Positions 23,987 to 24,553 of a stretch of DNA of 24,553 bases are shown in pieces. The stretch is from a virus. Lineage: Duplodnaviria > Caudoviricetes. Both the position numbers and the translations under genes were made by a program. The notes beneath the pieces are model-generated. The model did no database searches. It saw only the letters and a list, made by a program, of their open reading frames with translations, and was not told the origin of the DNA. The stretch spans positions 1-24,553 of the IMG/VR virus record IMGVR_UViG_3300005589_000100, one strand, 5' to 3'. Within the stretch, counting starts at the first letter, position 1. The number at the start of each line of letters is the position of its first letter.

Positions 23987-24553
23987 AAAATCAGGTGTAC
24001 CTCTTTTTTTCACCGGAGGTTTTTATCAGACCCGCTCAAAAAGTTTGTCTGATCAAAATTGCGTTAATTGGTATACAAATATACCTGAGGGAAACACACC
24101 AACCGAGGAAAACCTGTATGCCACAGATGGTATCTCTTTGGAGGATGCAGCCCCTAGCATTCCAATAGGTACGGCAAAAGAAAAGTGCCGTGGCGCTAAA
24201 AGTATGTCAGGCATACCTTATTTTGTGTGCGGACAAAAACTCTACCGACTGAATCGAACAGTCACATTAGGGGTAGAAACACTAGCTAGAGAGGATTTGG
24301 GAGCTATCACAGGCTTTGGTCGGGTGTCTATAGCTACCAACGGTACACAGTTGTGTATCGTGGTGCCAGGGGTTGAGGCGTATATTTATTCTGCAGCTGG
24401 TGGTTTGACGACGATCACAGACGGTGACTTTGATGGGCCGGCTGATACCGTAGTTTTTATCAATGGTTATTTTGTGTTTAATAAAACTGGAACACAAAAG
24501 ATAATCCACAGCGAATTACTCGATGGCTCATCATATCGTACCCTAGATGCGGC
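23979..24553 (+). CDS. Tail hub / DNA stabilization protein (P22 gp10-like), partial
   Basis: Manual translation MARKSGVPLFFTGGFYQTRS..LSDQNCVNWY...CRG...YFVCGQKLY...GRVSIATNGTQL...VVFINGYFVF; open to the window end. Confidence 0.85.
   Translation, partial: MARKSGVPLFFTGGFYQTRSKSLSDQNCVNWYTNIPEGNTPTEENLYATDGISLEDAAPSIPIGTAKEKCRGAKSMSGIPYFVCGQKLYRLNRTVTLGVETLAREDLGAITGFGRVSIATNGTQLCIVVPGVEAYIYSAAGGLTTITDGDFDGPADTVVFINGYFVFNKTGTQKIIHSELLDGSSYRTLDA

Noticed and set aside
17724-24509. Short alternative-frame and antisense ORFs within terL, portal, scaffold, coat and gp10
   Set aside because: Nested in or overlapping conserved structural genes, with no independent evidence

Overview
About 24.5 kb from a temperate, lambdoid-organised phage or prophage with a P22/Sf6-like (podovirus-type) virion module. 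The host is probably a gammaproteobacterium, judged from a CTGT-N8-ACAG LexA box and a CsrA homologue. Left to right: (1) a leftward early operon (RecT-like recombinase, YqaJ exonuclease, csrA, a Cys-x-x repeat protein, a LuxR-HTH protein, small ORFs, and a DUF3268 zinc-finger gene bounded by an integron attC-like site); (2) an immunity region (PL/PR/PRM, 16-bp operators, a 154-aa repressor with no recognisable autocleavage domain, cro, cII-like); (3) replication and nin-like genes, rusA and a Q-position gene; (4) a late promoter/terminator and lysis genes, including a relic of a displaced amidase; (5) a beta-helix protein, terS/terL, portal, scaffold, coat, a gp4-like adaptor and the start of a gp10-like hub. 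The most notable signals are a LexA-boxed promoter firing a small ORF antisense into the 3' end of the repressor (a candidate SOS induction switch), an aperiodic 38-unit array built from only four 9-bp words, and an attC-like cassette in the early operon. All calls come from manual motif and synteny reading; no database searches were run. No integrase, att site, tRNA or CRISPR was seen.
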